DNA of 64,000 bases. It comes from Podarcis bocagei. Lineage: Eukaryota. The translations under genes and the position numbers were made by a program. Shown one piece after another: positions 12,252-25,526 of the stretch. Within the stretch, counting starts at the first letter, position 1. The number at the start of each line of letters is the position of its first letter. Location of the stretch: NCBI GenBank assembly GCA_964188305.1, contig OZ076897.1. The stretch is one strand, 5' to 3'. The notes below the pieces were generated by a model that saw only the letters and a program-made list of their open reading frames with translations, was not told the DNA's origin and made no database searches.

Positions 12252-12599
12252 GCCTTATTCCAACCCGAAGCCTATTTCATTGGAGCTAATTAACAGTTCA
12301 AAGAAAGCAGGAATTCGGCTAACGAGGAGGCTTTCTCCATTTTCATATTATTTGTCACTAAATGGAAGTCAGCTATAGGTGCTACAAAGCCGAGCTATTA
12401 AAAAAAGATTCCTGTTTATACTGAAAATACAATATGTGCACCAAATGAAGAAAATGGCGAAGTACTTTGTATTTATCCTTTTCTATCATTTCGAAGGTGA
12501 ATGTAACAAATCATCTTTAAATTCTTTAATTTTAATGGTTCAGCAGCCAGCTTTTTTAAGGGAGCTCTGAAATGTTTATTCCTTTATTGTAACGCGAGC

Positions 12600-12771
12600 C
12601 TTACATTTCAAATTTCTACATGTCTACTCAAAAGTAAGTCCCACTGAGTTCAATGGCGCTTCTAGGTAACTGGGTAAAGAGACTGCAGTCTTAGACTGCA
12701 ATTTTACCCAGAAGTAAGTCCCACTGAGTTTTAATGGGACTTACTCTGTAGTACGTGCCGGGGATTGCAGC
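12600..12771. mobile_element. Two tandem MITE-like family A copies separated by TTA (12691-12693)
   Basis: AAGTAAGTCCCACTGAGTT occurs twice. The junction reads GACTGCAGTC-TTA-GACTGCAATT and the second copy ends GGGATTGCAGC. Confidence 0.75.
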
Positions 12772-15289
12772 TGGATCATTCCCGTTGTTTCCCACTCTCA
12801 AAGGCTTAATCCGGAATGAAAAGTCACTACCGCCTCCGAAACCCCAAAAAGTCATAAAAACATTTAGGAATCCTGCTGTTAAGATTATTTTTCTCCTTCG
12901 AGGAGGAAGGAAGTTCTGCCAGCATATTTCACAACAGCTGACTCTCGATTTTAAACAAAAATGACGTAAGACTTCCGTCTTTCCAGGAGAGAAACCGACT
13001 AATAGTAATATTTTCCTCCTCTCTCCTGTTGAGGATATCGCACTAAGGCGATCACATACTTTAGCTGTAATTACATAGGAAGACATTTGTCTACATTTTT
13101 ATTTTTTTAAAGAAATGGCTTTGTTGAGGCATGGGAAGAGATTTCCAGCAACGCCCCTGCGAAATTGTTTCTGCTGAGGATCTGTGAAATATTAATTGTT
13201 TCTTGTAATCTCGGGACCTTATGTCAAAAAAAGAGAACTGACTGCTAATTTAAGTTTTTCTCAAGACTCAGCTATTGGAGAAGTATGAAAGGGGAAAAGA
13301 ACGCTGACGTGATGTAAAGCTAATGAGAACCATACTTTTTGCGCTCACAATATTCACAGACGAATTTCATTAGCACGCGGTTTCCTTGCTATTTGCCCCG
13401 TCTCTAGCCTGACGAAGAGTTAAAAAAAATAAAATAATAAAATAAAATACAGAGGTCCTTATTCTCTTTCCCCTCCTCCCAGTAGCAGAACACAGCATTT
13501 CTTTTCAAAGAAATAAAGAAAAAAAAGAAAGAGAAATAAATAGGGGGGGGGGGGAGAGACGTTTAGGAATCCTCCGGAGAAAGACAATGAATGCAAATGT
13601 CACCGACAATCCACCATTTAGTCATAACTTTAATCCACAACACTGGACTTGATCTGAGACCGTATCACCTTCTCCTTGTTTTTCCTAGACGGCGGTAACC
13701 CTCCGCCGCTTACAGAAGCCATATAAGAACGTGCCAGAGAGTAAATAACTATTTGCACCTCAAATCCGACGGCTCGGGAATGCGATCCGCCAGCGGGGAT
13801 ACTGCATAAAAATGCAAGGGCGAAAGAGGGTGCCCCTTTAAAGGCAGGCGACAGACAGGATTTTTGCTCCTATTTTGCTTTCATGCATGCTTAGGAATTA
13901 ATCGTCATGAAGTGTGCGTGTGTGTGTGCGTGTGGTGTGTGATTGTGTGTGTGTGTGTGTGTGTGTATTCCTTCCCCACCCACAGACAGACACACAGTCT
14001 CACACACTCACAGTCTCCAACATAGCTGTGCTTTATCCGGTTCTTGACAGAATGTGTAGTTACACTTCAGAGAGAGAGAGAGAGAGAGACAGAAGGGATA
14101 AAATGCCCAGTGGCCGTGGATCCCGCCGCAGTCAACTTGATCGAGGGTGATGTGTCCGCTCAGTTTTTCTCCCGCATAAAAGTTCTCTTCTGCATTCCTC
14201 CTCTTGACTTGGTCTCTTCCTTTTACCAAAATAAAATAAAATAAAATAAAATAAAATATAAAGATTATCTAGTTGTCAAACCTGCATCAAAGAGCAGGGC
14301 ATCAAACAACTTCTTGATAAAATGTCACAATATTATTTAAAAGAAAAACAACAAGAAGGCTAATTGTCTCCCACACCTGCACGTTAAGCTAGTATTTGTG
14401 GCAGAATTTAAATGTGTCTGCGGTTCCTTGCCTTATTCTGCTGCTGGAATTATTTCGGGGGCTGTGCAGGGGGCGAGGGGAGGGAGAGAGAAGAGAAAGA
14501 GATTACTGAGGAGCCAGGAGGTGGGTGTTTTGGATTCCTAGTTGTGGGTCCGATTCCACAGTGAGGGATTCCTGGCTGTGGGTCCGAGGACTCTTAGATC
14601 GGAGGTGCAGATAAAGATGCAAATTTCGATATCGATTTGAGATCTCTCGCCCCCAGCCCCAGTTATCCTCCTGCTCTGTTCGGCGGTGGGCAGATTCCCT
14701 TTTGGAAAGGGGAATCGTGTTGGATTTGACTTTTCCCTGCCAGCCCCAGTTAGCTCTGAACTCAACGGCACAGTATTATTTACAGTGAGTTCCCAAACTA
14801 AACACAATAGTATAATTTAACCTTTCCAGGCACTCGTAAATTTTTACTGCTGTGAAACACAGCGATGCAAATGAATATGCTCGTAGTTACTGACTTAATA
14901 ACAACCCCGTGGCTCCCGAAACAATAACTCCTTATGAAATATAATAAATATATATTTAAATACAGTATGCCGCCAATGTTATTTTGCTTTTTTATTGCTT
15001 CAATTATTGTATAATTTTATGTGAAGGTCTCCGATCACAAGGAGGGTAGCCTGTCTTTGTGTGTGTGCGTGAGTGAGTGAGTGAGTATGTGTGTGTGTAT
15101 GTGTGTGTGAGAGAGAGACTTGGCTTTTTTTTTTTTTTTTTTTTTTTTGCAAGGAACACGGACCATTGATGGGATGATTAATTATGATATAAAATAGTCC
15201 GCTTTAGAAAGGTGGCCATACCCAAAATTCTGATCTTTTAATCTCGATCAGCCACAATTAAAACAAATATTGCCGTACAAGTCGTCTAT

Positions 15290-15510
15290 CCCTTTGCGTA
15301 AAAACATATGGCTTTGCTATAAAAATGATGACGGGAAAACACTGACCCATTAATAGCCTGCGGACTGATTTATACTTTATTGTTCTGCTGCCCGGCCATG
15401 TGACGCGAGGCAGCCAATGGGCTGACAGGCAGCCTTCAACTTATTAGGTGACTGTACTTCTTCGTGAGGACCAAGTTGTTACATGAAATCTGCAGTTTCA
15501 TAATTTCGCC
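15290..15510 (+). promoter_or_regulatory. HOXA9 proximal promoter / conserved 5' leader
   Basis: E-box-like CATGTGAC 15397-15404, CCAAT 15414-15418, TGATTTAT Pbx/Hox-like site, and the Hox9-type leader GTTACATGAAATCTGCAGTTTCATAATTTC. Confidence 0.7.
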
Positions 15511-15569
15511 AGGTCTTGCCTCTCCTTTTTTTGCACTGGGGCTGGGGCTGGGGCTTGGCTTGGATGGCT

Positions 15570-16116
15570 ATGTCTTCTTCGGGGACGCTCAGCAACTACT
15601 ACGTGGACTCTTTCCTCATCCACGACAGCGAGGAGCTGGTGCAGTCCCGCTATGGCTCGGCTTCTCTAGGTCAGCCGGCCAGGCAGGCGACCCTTGGAGA
15701 CCACCCCGAGTTCACCCCGTGCAGCTTTCAGTCGAAAACCTCCGTCTTCAGCACTTCCTGGAACGCCGTGCACCCGCCGAGCGCTAACAATGTGCCCACC
15801 GTGTACCACCCGTACGTGCATCACCAGGCACCAATGGCAGCGCCCGACGGCAGGTACATGCGCTCGTGGCTGGAGCCCATGCCGGGCTCCTTGTCTTTCC
15901 CGGGCTTGCCGGCCAGCAGGCATTACGGCATTAAACCTGAACCGCTCACGGCCAGGAGGGGTGACTGTACCACCTTTGACACGCACGCGCTCTCTCTGAC
16001 TGACTATGCTTGTGGTTCTCCTCCAGCTGATAGGGATAAGCAAGGCAACGACGGCGCGTTCTCGGAAAACAATGGCGAGAGCGAGGCGAACGGAGACAAG
16101 CCCCAGATCGACCCAA
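15570..16116 (+). CDS. HOXA9: Homeobox protein Hox-A9, exon 1 (joins 17504-17742; 261 aa from Met 15570; another in-frame ATG at 15564)
   Basis: MSSSGTLSNYYVDSFL, PCSFQSK, DGRYMRSWLEP, RHYGIKPEPL and YACGSPP motifs. Donor CCAA|GTAAGT at 16116/16117, phase 1. Confidence 0.97.
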
Positions 16117-17503
16117 GTAAGTGCCATCCGCCTGGGCTTGGGCGGGAGGAGGGTGGGCGGGTGGGTAGGGGGCTGGGTGTCGAGAGCCAGCGTCTACCGC
16201 GAGCTATGCGGCAATGGCTGCTGGGTCGGTGACTGGGTGGGGGCTTCTGTGGTCATAGAAGAACGTCCAGCGGCACCATTGAGCTTCTCTCTATCTCTCT
16301 GTGTGTAGAATTGTGTGCGTAAAACGGGAAGATGGTTGCGCATGCATATACGCGTGTATGTACATATTTGGTGCCACAGTCTTTGTAGGCTCACGGTCTA
16401 TGCAGCCAGCTAGGTCTGTGTGTGTTTCTCAGCGTCAAGGTGCCAGCAAAGTCCAGCATGACCTCCCTGTCGCAACAGTGTGCAGGGGCGCGTCACCAGC
16501 GTGTTTTCCTGGGCGCACGCTTCAGCTACAAAGCCACATTGGGGGGGGGATGGGAGGAGAGAGCCGGGCGGTGTAAGGGGGGGCGGCGTGAGAGGGTGGT
16601 GGTCGCGCACAACCCAAGTTACTTGGGAGAGGCGAGGAAAAACAAAACATTGGATGTGAATCTGATCCCTTTGTGACGACTGAGCTAGGAAAGCCAAGAA
16701 CGACAACCGTGCATGTGTGTGAGTGTGTTTTCTCTAACTTCATTTTAGCACTCTCTTTGGCGACTGTTTATTCCAATCCTTTGCTTGTTGCTAACACCTT
16801 CGCTTGCCTTTAGAACTGAGCTAGCGGATCAATAGTGCAGGCACGGCAAATAATGCCAAATGCAAATGTGTGAGTGGGTGTTTTCCTACCTAAGCAAGCC
16901 AGGCTTCGCCCGAAGAGAGGGCCGGGTGGGTGTGTTCCCTTATCTCCTTGAAAGCGCCCAGTGGTTATATAATAGAAGGTCAGAACTGGAAAGTGAAACA
17001 TTTTCCGTATGACACTTATTCTCAGGGGTTGTGCAGCGGTCCTATATTTTTTTCCCCGGAGGGGGAGAGGAGAGAGAGAAATCAGGGGGCTTGGCTGAGA
17101 GGAGGGTAAGCAGCAAAGGCAGGCTTTGAAATTACACCCTATATAAACACTATGAAGAAGTGAGGCGGTGGCCAGTGGGGTTCCCCCCTCCCTTTTTCTT
17201 TTTTCTTTTTTTACTACGCGTAATTCTACGTGACCTTTTCCATGTGTCTCAGTTTGGAGTCCATTGTGTCTGACCCCATCCTGTATGTCTGTCCAAAGGA
17301 AAGGAATGTCGTAAACCACCAATATCAGGGCATCCATGCTCTTCAAAAGGAAGGTGGTGGCTTGGGGGGTGGGGGGGTGGGAGGAGGTGCTGTTTGTGTG
17401 CTTATGGGGTGGAGATGCAGTCATAATAGCAGTACGGGGGGGTGTTGGTGCGGGGTTCTGTCCTTCGCCAACTTAACCCTCTTTGGCGTCGTTTTCCTTG
17501 CAG

Positions 17504-17742
17504 ACAACCCGGCCGCGAATTGGTTGCACGCGAGATCCACTCGGAAAAAACGGTGCCCTTACACCAAGCACCAGACGCTGGAGCTGGAGAAAGAGTTTTT
17601 GTTCAACATGTATCTCACCAGGGACCGACGGTACGAAGTGGCCCGGCTCCTGAATTTAACCGAGAGACAAGTGAAAATCTGGTTTCAGAACCGGAGGATG
17701 AAAATGAAGAAAATCAACAAAGACCGAGCGAAGGATGAATGA
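17504..17742 (+). CDS. HOXA9: Hox-A9 exon 2 (homeodomain)
   Basis: Acceptor ttccttgcAG| at 17502-17503. Translates [79 protein letters not shown]. Confidence 0.98.
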
Positions 17743-18120
17743 TGCTCGGCTCCCAGGTTTAATCACGTTTCAAACAGCAAAAATCTCCCCTTCCAGCGCA
17801 ACGCAACACAATCCTCCCCTCTTCTGTTCCCAGCATACCCCGAGACTGTGTCCAGGCCTCATGTGTTGTTGTTGTTATTATTATTATTATTATTAATATT
17901 ATTTGGGGTTTCCCATCCCCCTGGGGTTATTGCTGTTGTTTTGTCCTTGGCCAATTCAGCTCTTGAATGTATCTCGCCAGCGTGCAGGGAGATATGGCTG
18001 TGCTCCGGTGCTATTATGGAGGTACCCAGATTTATCATTTTCTAATCATAGGAAAGGAAAGGGGGGCATTAAACTCGGAAGGCTGATCTGTTGGCTTGTC
18101 TAAATCTACCTGTCCTTCAC

Positions 18121-18122
18121 GA

Positions 18123-18170
<48 letters not shown>

Positions 18171-18172
18171 AA
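18121..18172. repeat. (GAAA)13 microsatellite in HOXA9 3' UTR
   Basis: Seen directly; it abuts a miR-196 seed match. Confidence 0.95.
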
Positions 18173-19041
18173 CTACCTTTTTAATGCACAATTCTTTACA
18201 GACTGTATAGGTTAGTCGACGTAGTTAATTTTATTTGCTCTTTGCGCGGCAGAGAGAGGTCTGCTCTAATACTTGAACAGTGTGTTTTATTGTGGTAATT
18301 ATATTTGTGACTCAATTTTTTGTGCTTGGGTGCTGTACCAGATGTGATTGTGTAAGCTAGGATTCAATTTGAACTCAGGTTGTTTATTATAAAGGTTGCA
18401 TAGAGTATAGCTCGGTAGTGTAAGGAGTCCTTTTTTCTGTATCATTATTAGACAGTGAACCTTGGATTGTACCGGGGGAAACCAATTCGTTCGCTCTCTT
18501 TCTATCCCAGCTTTTAAACACAAAAGTGGGGGGCATGATCTGGGATAGCCAAGGACTTGTGGACCCCCCCAGTTCTTTTGAAGCAAGTCATTTTCGTATG
18601 CACACCTGATCGATCTATCTATCTATATATATATAGTACAGTCTTCGTCAGTTGTATATATCATAATCTATATATTAAAGAAAGAAACCCTTAATAATCA
18701 GGCTAGCTTGAATCTTGTTTTTGCACCCGTGAGCAATTTTGAGATAACGGAGCTATACCTATATGTGAAAAAGAAGGTAACTACCTATGGTTTACGTTTT
18801 GAGTTTAATCGAATTTAATTGATTCTTATTGTAATGAAGTTTAATTTTATTGATAATAAATTATACACTCTAAAAAAACCTACCTTTTGGTTATTGTAGA
18901 TTTGTATCGATTATTAACATAAAAAATAAAAAGTCCTGGACGTTATGTTTATGCAGAAGCTACACTGTATATTTTGCAATAGTTACCTCATGGCCTACTG
19001 ACCAAATAGTTGTGTCCAGAATGATATTTAACTTTTTGCTA

Positions 19042-19047
19042 AATAAA
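19042..19047 (+). terminator. Probable distal HOXA9 polyadenylation signal (other AATAAA at 18855 and 18925)
   Basis: AATAAA at the end of an AT-rich 3' UTR, followed by T-rich and GT-rich sequence. Confidence 0.55.
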
Positions 19048-19393
19048 ATATATATTGATTCTTTTAAAAAAATTATTGTGCTGTTTTTAAGATTATTAAG
19101 AAGGCAAAACCTGCCCATCTTTACCTTTGGAGAGAAATCAAAATCCTAACACTGGTCCTTTAACACAAAAGGATGACCCACTCATTTTGATGGAACTTAA
19201 CTTCCAAGCAGTTATGGTTCACATGGCAAATCCTTCTCCCAAACAAAAACGCGAGTGGAATCTGGGAGAAGACAGTGGAGTAACTCGGCCAGGCATGTTG
19301 CGCCCAGGCTATCCAACGATTGCAAAGAACCCTGAACTGGAAACTAAGGATAGTAACTAGTGTGGGTGTCTTTAATTAGTTAAGATGCTGTGA

Positions 19394-19410
19394 AATAATA
19401 ATAATAGTAA

Positions 19411-19452
<42 letters not shown>
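19394..19452. repeat. (TAA)n(TAG)n compound microsatellite
   Basis: Seen directly. Confidence 0.93.
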
Positions 19453-20792
19453 GACAAAATTTCGGTGACCTTTTGCAGGAATAATCTAGTCAGTACCCGC
19501 CCCCCTTTCAACTCTCTCTTTTTTTTAAAAAAAAAGCTTGGCTTCCAGAAGCAAATAATCCATAGAGTATGAAATTTCATCCATGTCTCTTCATAGAGAA
19601 AGCATTCCCAATGTAAAACCCATTCCAGCTGCTTTCTGTGTCCTCCGTGCATTCTCGCCCGCGAAATAAACACACCGCATTTGACGCAGCCAAAGATGGA
19701 GGCTTATCGGGCAACAATGGACGCTAGAAAGGTTTTTTGGTCGTTGTTTATAAAGTTCAGGTTAGAAAATCGGGCTGGTTGGCAAAGGGGTGTTGGTGAT
19801 GGAGATTAACCAACACTTTAACGAATACATGCAGGCGATGGAGTGGGGGTGGGCAGTCCAAACGGATGAAGAATAAAAGGAATTCTGACGCGTTGGGAGT
19901 TTAGTCGTGCCTCGGGCAGGCTCGGCTCTCCGCTCTGAAATTATTATCCTCCCCCATAAAAAAATATACCAGTTAGAGCAGAGTTGTGCACAAGACCAAA
20001 CAGGGACTCCTCTGTAGCTCATTGCAGAAGAGTTTATTTTAAAGGCACAAACAAGCCCGCACACTTCCAGCTAACAAGTCTTAGCTGAAGAAGCTGTTAA
20101 GAAAATTCAGAGCCATAGTGTGCCATAAAAGAAAATGACGGCTGTAACCGTTTATGGGGTGTAAAATGCTGCAGGGTTGAAGGCAAGAACCTTCAGTATC
20201 TCAGGCTTTGAAAATGTTCGAAGGTTCAGAGAGGCAGGGGAAATCACTTGGAGTTTTGTTGGCCTTTTTAATTTTTATTTTTAAAAATAAAGAAATCTCT
20301 GGTAAATTGCATTAAATTAACGCAAAGCGAAACAGTTCTTGTCTGCAAAAACAAGGGTGGGGGGAGTTCTAATTAATGCCTGTCCCAGTGGTTTGGGATG
20401 TTGCGACGCCCTCTGTTGTTGCAGACAGTGGGGACTTCAAAGAATCCGCATTGGAAGTGCGTAATAAATGGCAGGTCTGCAAACTGTCTGGAATTCGGCC
20501 CTTAATGAGTTTACAACTGTCCAGCCACAATTAAGATTTTCTACAAAAGCCCTTTCATTTGTTTTGTCTGGCTGTTTTAGATAAAGCGGCTCTGCGGAAA
20601 TAGCTCGTTTTTATTAGCCCTTTCCCCTCTGAAATGTAGGCTGTAAGGTGAACGTTTATCTTTAATGAATATACCGCTGGAACCTTTTCTATAATTGCTA
20701 CTGCATGGCAAAGTAGATTACCGAAGCGTTTGCAGGGGTAGATATCAGCTATGTTTACACGTTCGTCAGATTCCTGCACCTATTTTATTGCT

Positions 20793-20826
20793 TGCGGTTA
20801 CCAGGACGGAACAGCAGATGGCAGTG
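20793..20826 (+). promoter_or_regulatory. CTCF binding motif, HOXA7|9 boundary position
   Basis: Core GGAACAGCAGATGGCAGTG (20808-20826) matches CCASYAGRKGGCRS at 13/14 positions. An upstream-module-like TGCGGTTACC (20793-20802) lies 5 bp before it. The location just 3' of HOXA9 fits the known boundary. Confidence 0.75.
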
Positions 20827-21391
20827 TTGTTCCACGAAAACAAGGGCGATTTCCGCCATGAAGCCAATGGAAAAAATTCTAAAATGTCGACTTCCTAGGA
20901 GCAGCATATGCGGTTTTGAAACTCCTGATTTGATATTAACAAAAGGCGATATTATATATGTCCCCACTACTAAAAGGAATACCTTAATGCTTCAGTATTT
21001 CGTGTTTCCATATTTAATACTCTTAAAAGTCAATAACTGCAATGGTAAAGTTCTCCGTCTGTAACTATTAGTATTAGTATTATCATGCCAGTTCTGTACA
21101 GATTGATATTTTCCCCTCTCAGATTGAAGCCTGCTTCAAGAATACTGCTAATTTGACCGCAGTAAGAGCAAATAATATGTCTTGCGCCTGAGTGCACGTA
21201 TCAAACACATGTACAGTGAGACTATATTTAAACAGTTTAAGCTTATACAGATGCATTTGGGTTAAACACCCCGTGTATATTGTAATCGACTAATGAAAAT
21301 GCATAACGGATATATAATGTAAAGATATATAATGCACAAAGTCAAAGCAGATATTCTCACACAATATAATCGTTGGTATTAACCCGTTCAT

Positions 21392-21475
21392 GGCTTAGGC
21401 AATCTACCTGGGAATCTGCCCCAATGAATGCAGCAAGGCTTCTTACTTCAGAGTAGACCTGTATAGGACTGCACT
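21392..21475. mobile_element. MITE-like element family A (degenerate)
   Basis: TACCTGGGA..CCCAATGAA..CTTACTTCAGAGTAGACCTGTATAGGACTGCAC. Confidence 0.6.
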
Positions 21476-24400
21476 ACGCTATACTGAGGCCGCATAAGCA
21501 ATTTTTATAGCCGGGAATCTCAAAGCGCTTGGAATGCGGATGCGGGTGATTGAAACGCGGCGGAGTTGTTAAAGAAACATGCTCAGTGTGTATTTAAAAA
21601 GAACAACAACACACAGTTAGACGTGGGTTTTTTATTTTATTTTTAAAAAAATGCTCCGATCAATTTTTTTAAAAAAGTATTTATTAGGAGCAAAGAGTTT
21701 TCACAATGCAATGGGCGAGCTTTTGAGATGCTGAACATGGATGGCTCCATCTTAATCTCTTATTCAGCCAAAGATCCCTGCCTTTGGCTCCATTCTGCTC
21801 TGGGCCAGAATCTTTCTGAAACAACGTTCTTTTCGCCGGGCCAAAGCAGAGGCTCCAAGTTGGTGGCTTGGCAACAAAATTTAATTTGAAAATTATTTAC
21901 CGGCCACTGAATTCCTTCACCAGATGTCTTTGAGGCAGTTAAAGGCTCCCGCTCGCTTTCTTAAGCAATTTCATCTCTGTGGGACCCGGTTTAATTATGC
22001 AGTGCAGATGATAACAGTTCTAATACACCGCATGACTATGATGCCTGTACGAATCTAGGCTGGAACTCTTACGGNNNNNNNNNNNNNNNNNNNNNNNNNN
22101 NNNNNNNNNNNNNNNNNNNNNNNNNNNNNNNNNNNNNNNNNNNNNNNNNNNNNNNNNNNNNNNNNNNNNNNNNNNNNNNNNNNNNNNNNNNNNNNNNNNN
22201 NNNNNNNNNNNNNNNNNNNNNNNNNNNNNNNNNNNNNNNNNNNNNNNNNNNNNNNNNNNNNNNNNNNNNNNNNNNAATTCTACGGCTCCATCGATTAGTA
22301 ATTGAGCCATATACACAAACATACATACGGAAGATAGATGAATGGACTCGATGTTTGTGAATAAATAAGACAATTAAACCACAAATGTGTGCCTACTGTA
22401 CCGAAATTAAGAGCCAAGAAAGACATCATTATTGGGGAAATGCTTTAAGTTTGCGTCTTTTTTCCCTGCAAAAAAAGAAAAAGAACGTTTAGCAGTCAAA
22501 CGTTTTCCACTAAATGTGATTATCAAAGGTATTTCATTGTAATTCCTTAGTAGGAATCCAGGAGGATTCCTAAAAAAGACTGGAAATTTATTGTGCATTT
22601 ATTTAGGATGGAACTTACATATACTCTACTTAATACAAATCCCCAGTAGAAAATGTCGTTTATATGAACGAAGGACTGGTCATGGCAGCTTTTAATGTTA
22701 ATTCTTATTGTCTCGTGTGTACTTTTAATGTAGCTTGTCCTCAATGGCTTCAGCTACAGTGAAATGCAAACACAAATATATACATTTGTTGTAAGTAATT
22801 TGGACAATGGCTGATCAATGGAGGGAATAAAGGAGGAAGAAAGCAGCTGAAACAGCGGAATAATACCTCAAGTCCAAATTGCAGAAAATTCTTTGCTTGA
22901 TCCCAAAATAAACCACCCTGCAGAATGGCCAGTTGGTGTGGGTGTTTTTAAATCATCCTCGTTATTTTTAACTTTTTATTCTGTGGGTGGAGGTAGTTTT
23001 TAAACGAGGTTTGTTTAGAGAAACCTAGAAAGCAGCAGTTTCCAGGTTACAATTTTTTAAAGGGGGCGGAGAGGGCACTTTGGATGGAATGAGTGACCTA
23101 GAGAAAACTTTAAATAGTTAAGCAGTATCCATTCCAACGTATCTTTTATTTTGATTTTTAAGTGGGATGGAGAATAGAGGCATCTTCGAAAACTGGACAC
23201 CATTAAATTTCCGCATTCATGTACCGGTAATATGTCCAGGAAACATGGCTTAGAAGTGAATAATCATTTTTCCCCTCTTTTTTGCTATTTATACTGGAAG
23301 TCTATACTTTGGAGGTAATTCGGAGCTCATTGCGAAGGGACATTCCGTTTAGCGAGGGTTAGTCCTGAGACTTTATTATAAAACGCCCTATTTCCTGGAG
23401 TGGAGGTCGTGGACAACGGGTGTGTGTGATGGTCTTCTCAATGTAAGCAGCGTTTCCAAGAAGTGACTTTAGGCAAACGCGATTTTAAAATATATTTATA
23501 TAATCCCAGCAGAACTGAGACACACACACACACGTCTAAGAAAGCAGTGTGCGGTTTGATCCTCCCGGACCTCGGCCTCAAAGCTAGTTGCACTTAACGG
23601 TGTCCTTTAAAGACTCATCGATAAAATTCTGTCTTGCTCTTATCAATACCCAAGTCTAGACTGTCGGTTCTGTTTGCTGCTGCTTTCCTCTGGCATCTTG
23701 GCTGCGTTGTCACCAGAGGAGCAATTTATTGGCAGAATGCCGTCTAATTCCGCTACTTTGATCTGGCTCGTCGTCTTTGGCAGGTTTTCTTTCGCCTTCC
23801 CTTCTAACTTCTTAGTCCTCTTTTATTTTTCTCAGGAGGCTTTTCTTTCTTTCTTAAAATTTCAAGGTTATTTTTTTTAAGGGGCTATTATTATTATTGT
23901 AGCCCCTCAATCTTGCATCACACGCCTCTCCCCCCCCCCCAACACACACATTTTCTTCCTTTGGGTTTGACAGCCATCTTGGTGCCTTGACCGATCTTGG
24001 CGGAATGAAAACCAAAGACGTCTATCGATGCAACCAGACTGTTCTCTCCCAGGAATAGCAAAGCAAACCTCGAAGGGCGGTCTCCGCGCCCAGGACCGGC
24101 TCCAGTCCATATCACTGATTGTGAAGACGAGTTCGTGATAATAACGTTCTTCCTTTCCAAAACTGTACACCAACACCTCTCTCCAGCCCCTGTTGCACCC
24201 GGGCCTCCTCAGGCCCCTTAGCTGAGCCCTCCCCCCCTTCCCTCCCATGGGTTGCCAAAATGTGCCCCTCTGAAGGGTCCCTGCGAAATATGGGCCAGGC
24301 ATAATTTTAAACTGGTGAGAACCTCTTTGTACACACAGGATACCAAACTCTATAATCTAAAGGGAGAATTTCCGGGGCAATCTCATTGTCCTCCTTCCAG

Positions 24401-24595
24401 TTTATGGTGTGCAATATAGCAGGGCAGTAAAAGCTGTCTTTACCAAAACTCCCCCGTCTGAGGGAAGGAAACTAGTTTTACGATCCGTTTTAAAGGAAGG
24501 GTAGGGCGCAACATCCTCAATGGCGTGTCCTCTTATTGCTTAGTGGGGGCCGAGTGTTTAGAAATTAAGGAGCTGCCTTATCCGAGATCTGGGAC

Positions 24596-24628
<33 letters not shown>

Positions 24629-25490
24629 CCACCGCTCTCGCCACCACCAACACCACCACATAAAGTCAGAGGTAGGTATTTATTTACCCCGGGGGCAGGG
24701 GAGGAGAAAGAAGAAGCCAGGATGAAACAAAGAAACCTGAGTCCGCATCCCAAGTCTCTACGATTATTTTTTTTAAGAGGTGCTGAAAGTCCGTTTGTTT
24801 TTTATTTTATTTCCCACTGTATCATTTTTTTGGGGGGGGGGCGGAGTGGCTGAAATATGCATGCTAATGCATAGAAGAAATCCGCACCAGTAAAGGCAGA
24901 CCGGCTGCATTATCACCGAAAAACAAAAACAAAACAAAACAAAACTCCCTCCTGGATATAAACCTTCCTGGAGTAAAAGGAACAGGCNNNNNNNNNNNNN
25001 NNNNNNNNNNNNNNNNNNNNNNNNNNNNNNNNNNNNNNNNNNNNNNNNNNNNNNNNNNNNNNNNNNNNNNNNNNNNNNNNNNNNNNNNNNNNNNNNNNNN
25101 NNNNNNNNNNNNNNNNNNNNNNNNNNNNNNNNNNNNNNNNNNNNNNNNNNNNNNNNNNNNNNNNNNNNNNNNNNNNNNNNNNNNNNNNNNNNNNNNNNNN
25201 NNNNNNNNNNNNCCACCCGTCCTCCCTCAGATATGCTGTGCTTTTTCTCTATTTGTGTTTTGTTGCTGAGGAAGAGAATTTGGCAAAAGAGGGAGAGAGA
25301 GATGATAGAACACGTATTTAGCAACCCTTCACTCATCTCGCCAGCAGCGATTAGCCGAATATGTCTGTCAATATCTTAATAAATCTGCGAGCAAATTGGG
25401 AAGCCTCTCATATAAATATTTCATTCTTTCCTTTCCTGAGGAAAAATAAATGTGAGCAGGATACAGAAGGATTTGCCAAATGAGTTCATT

Positions 25491-25526
<36 letters not shown>

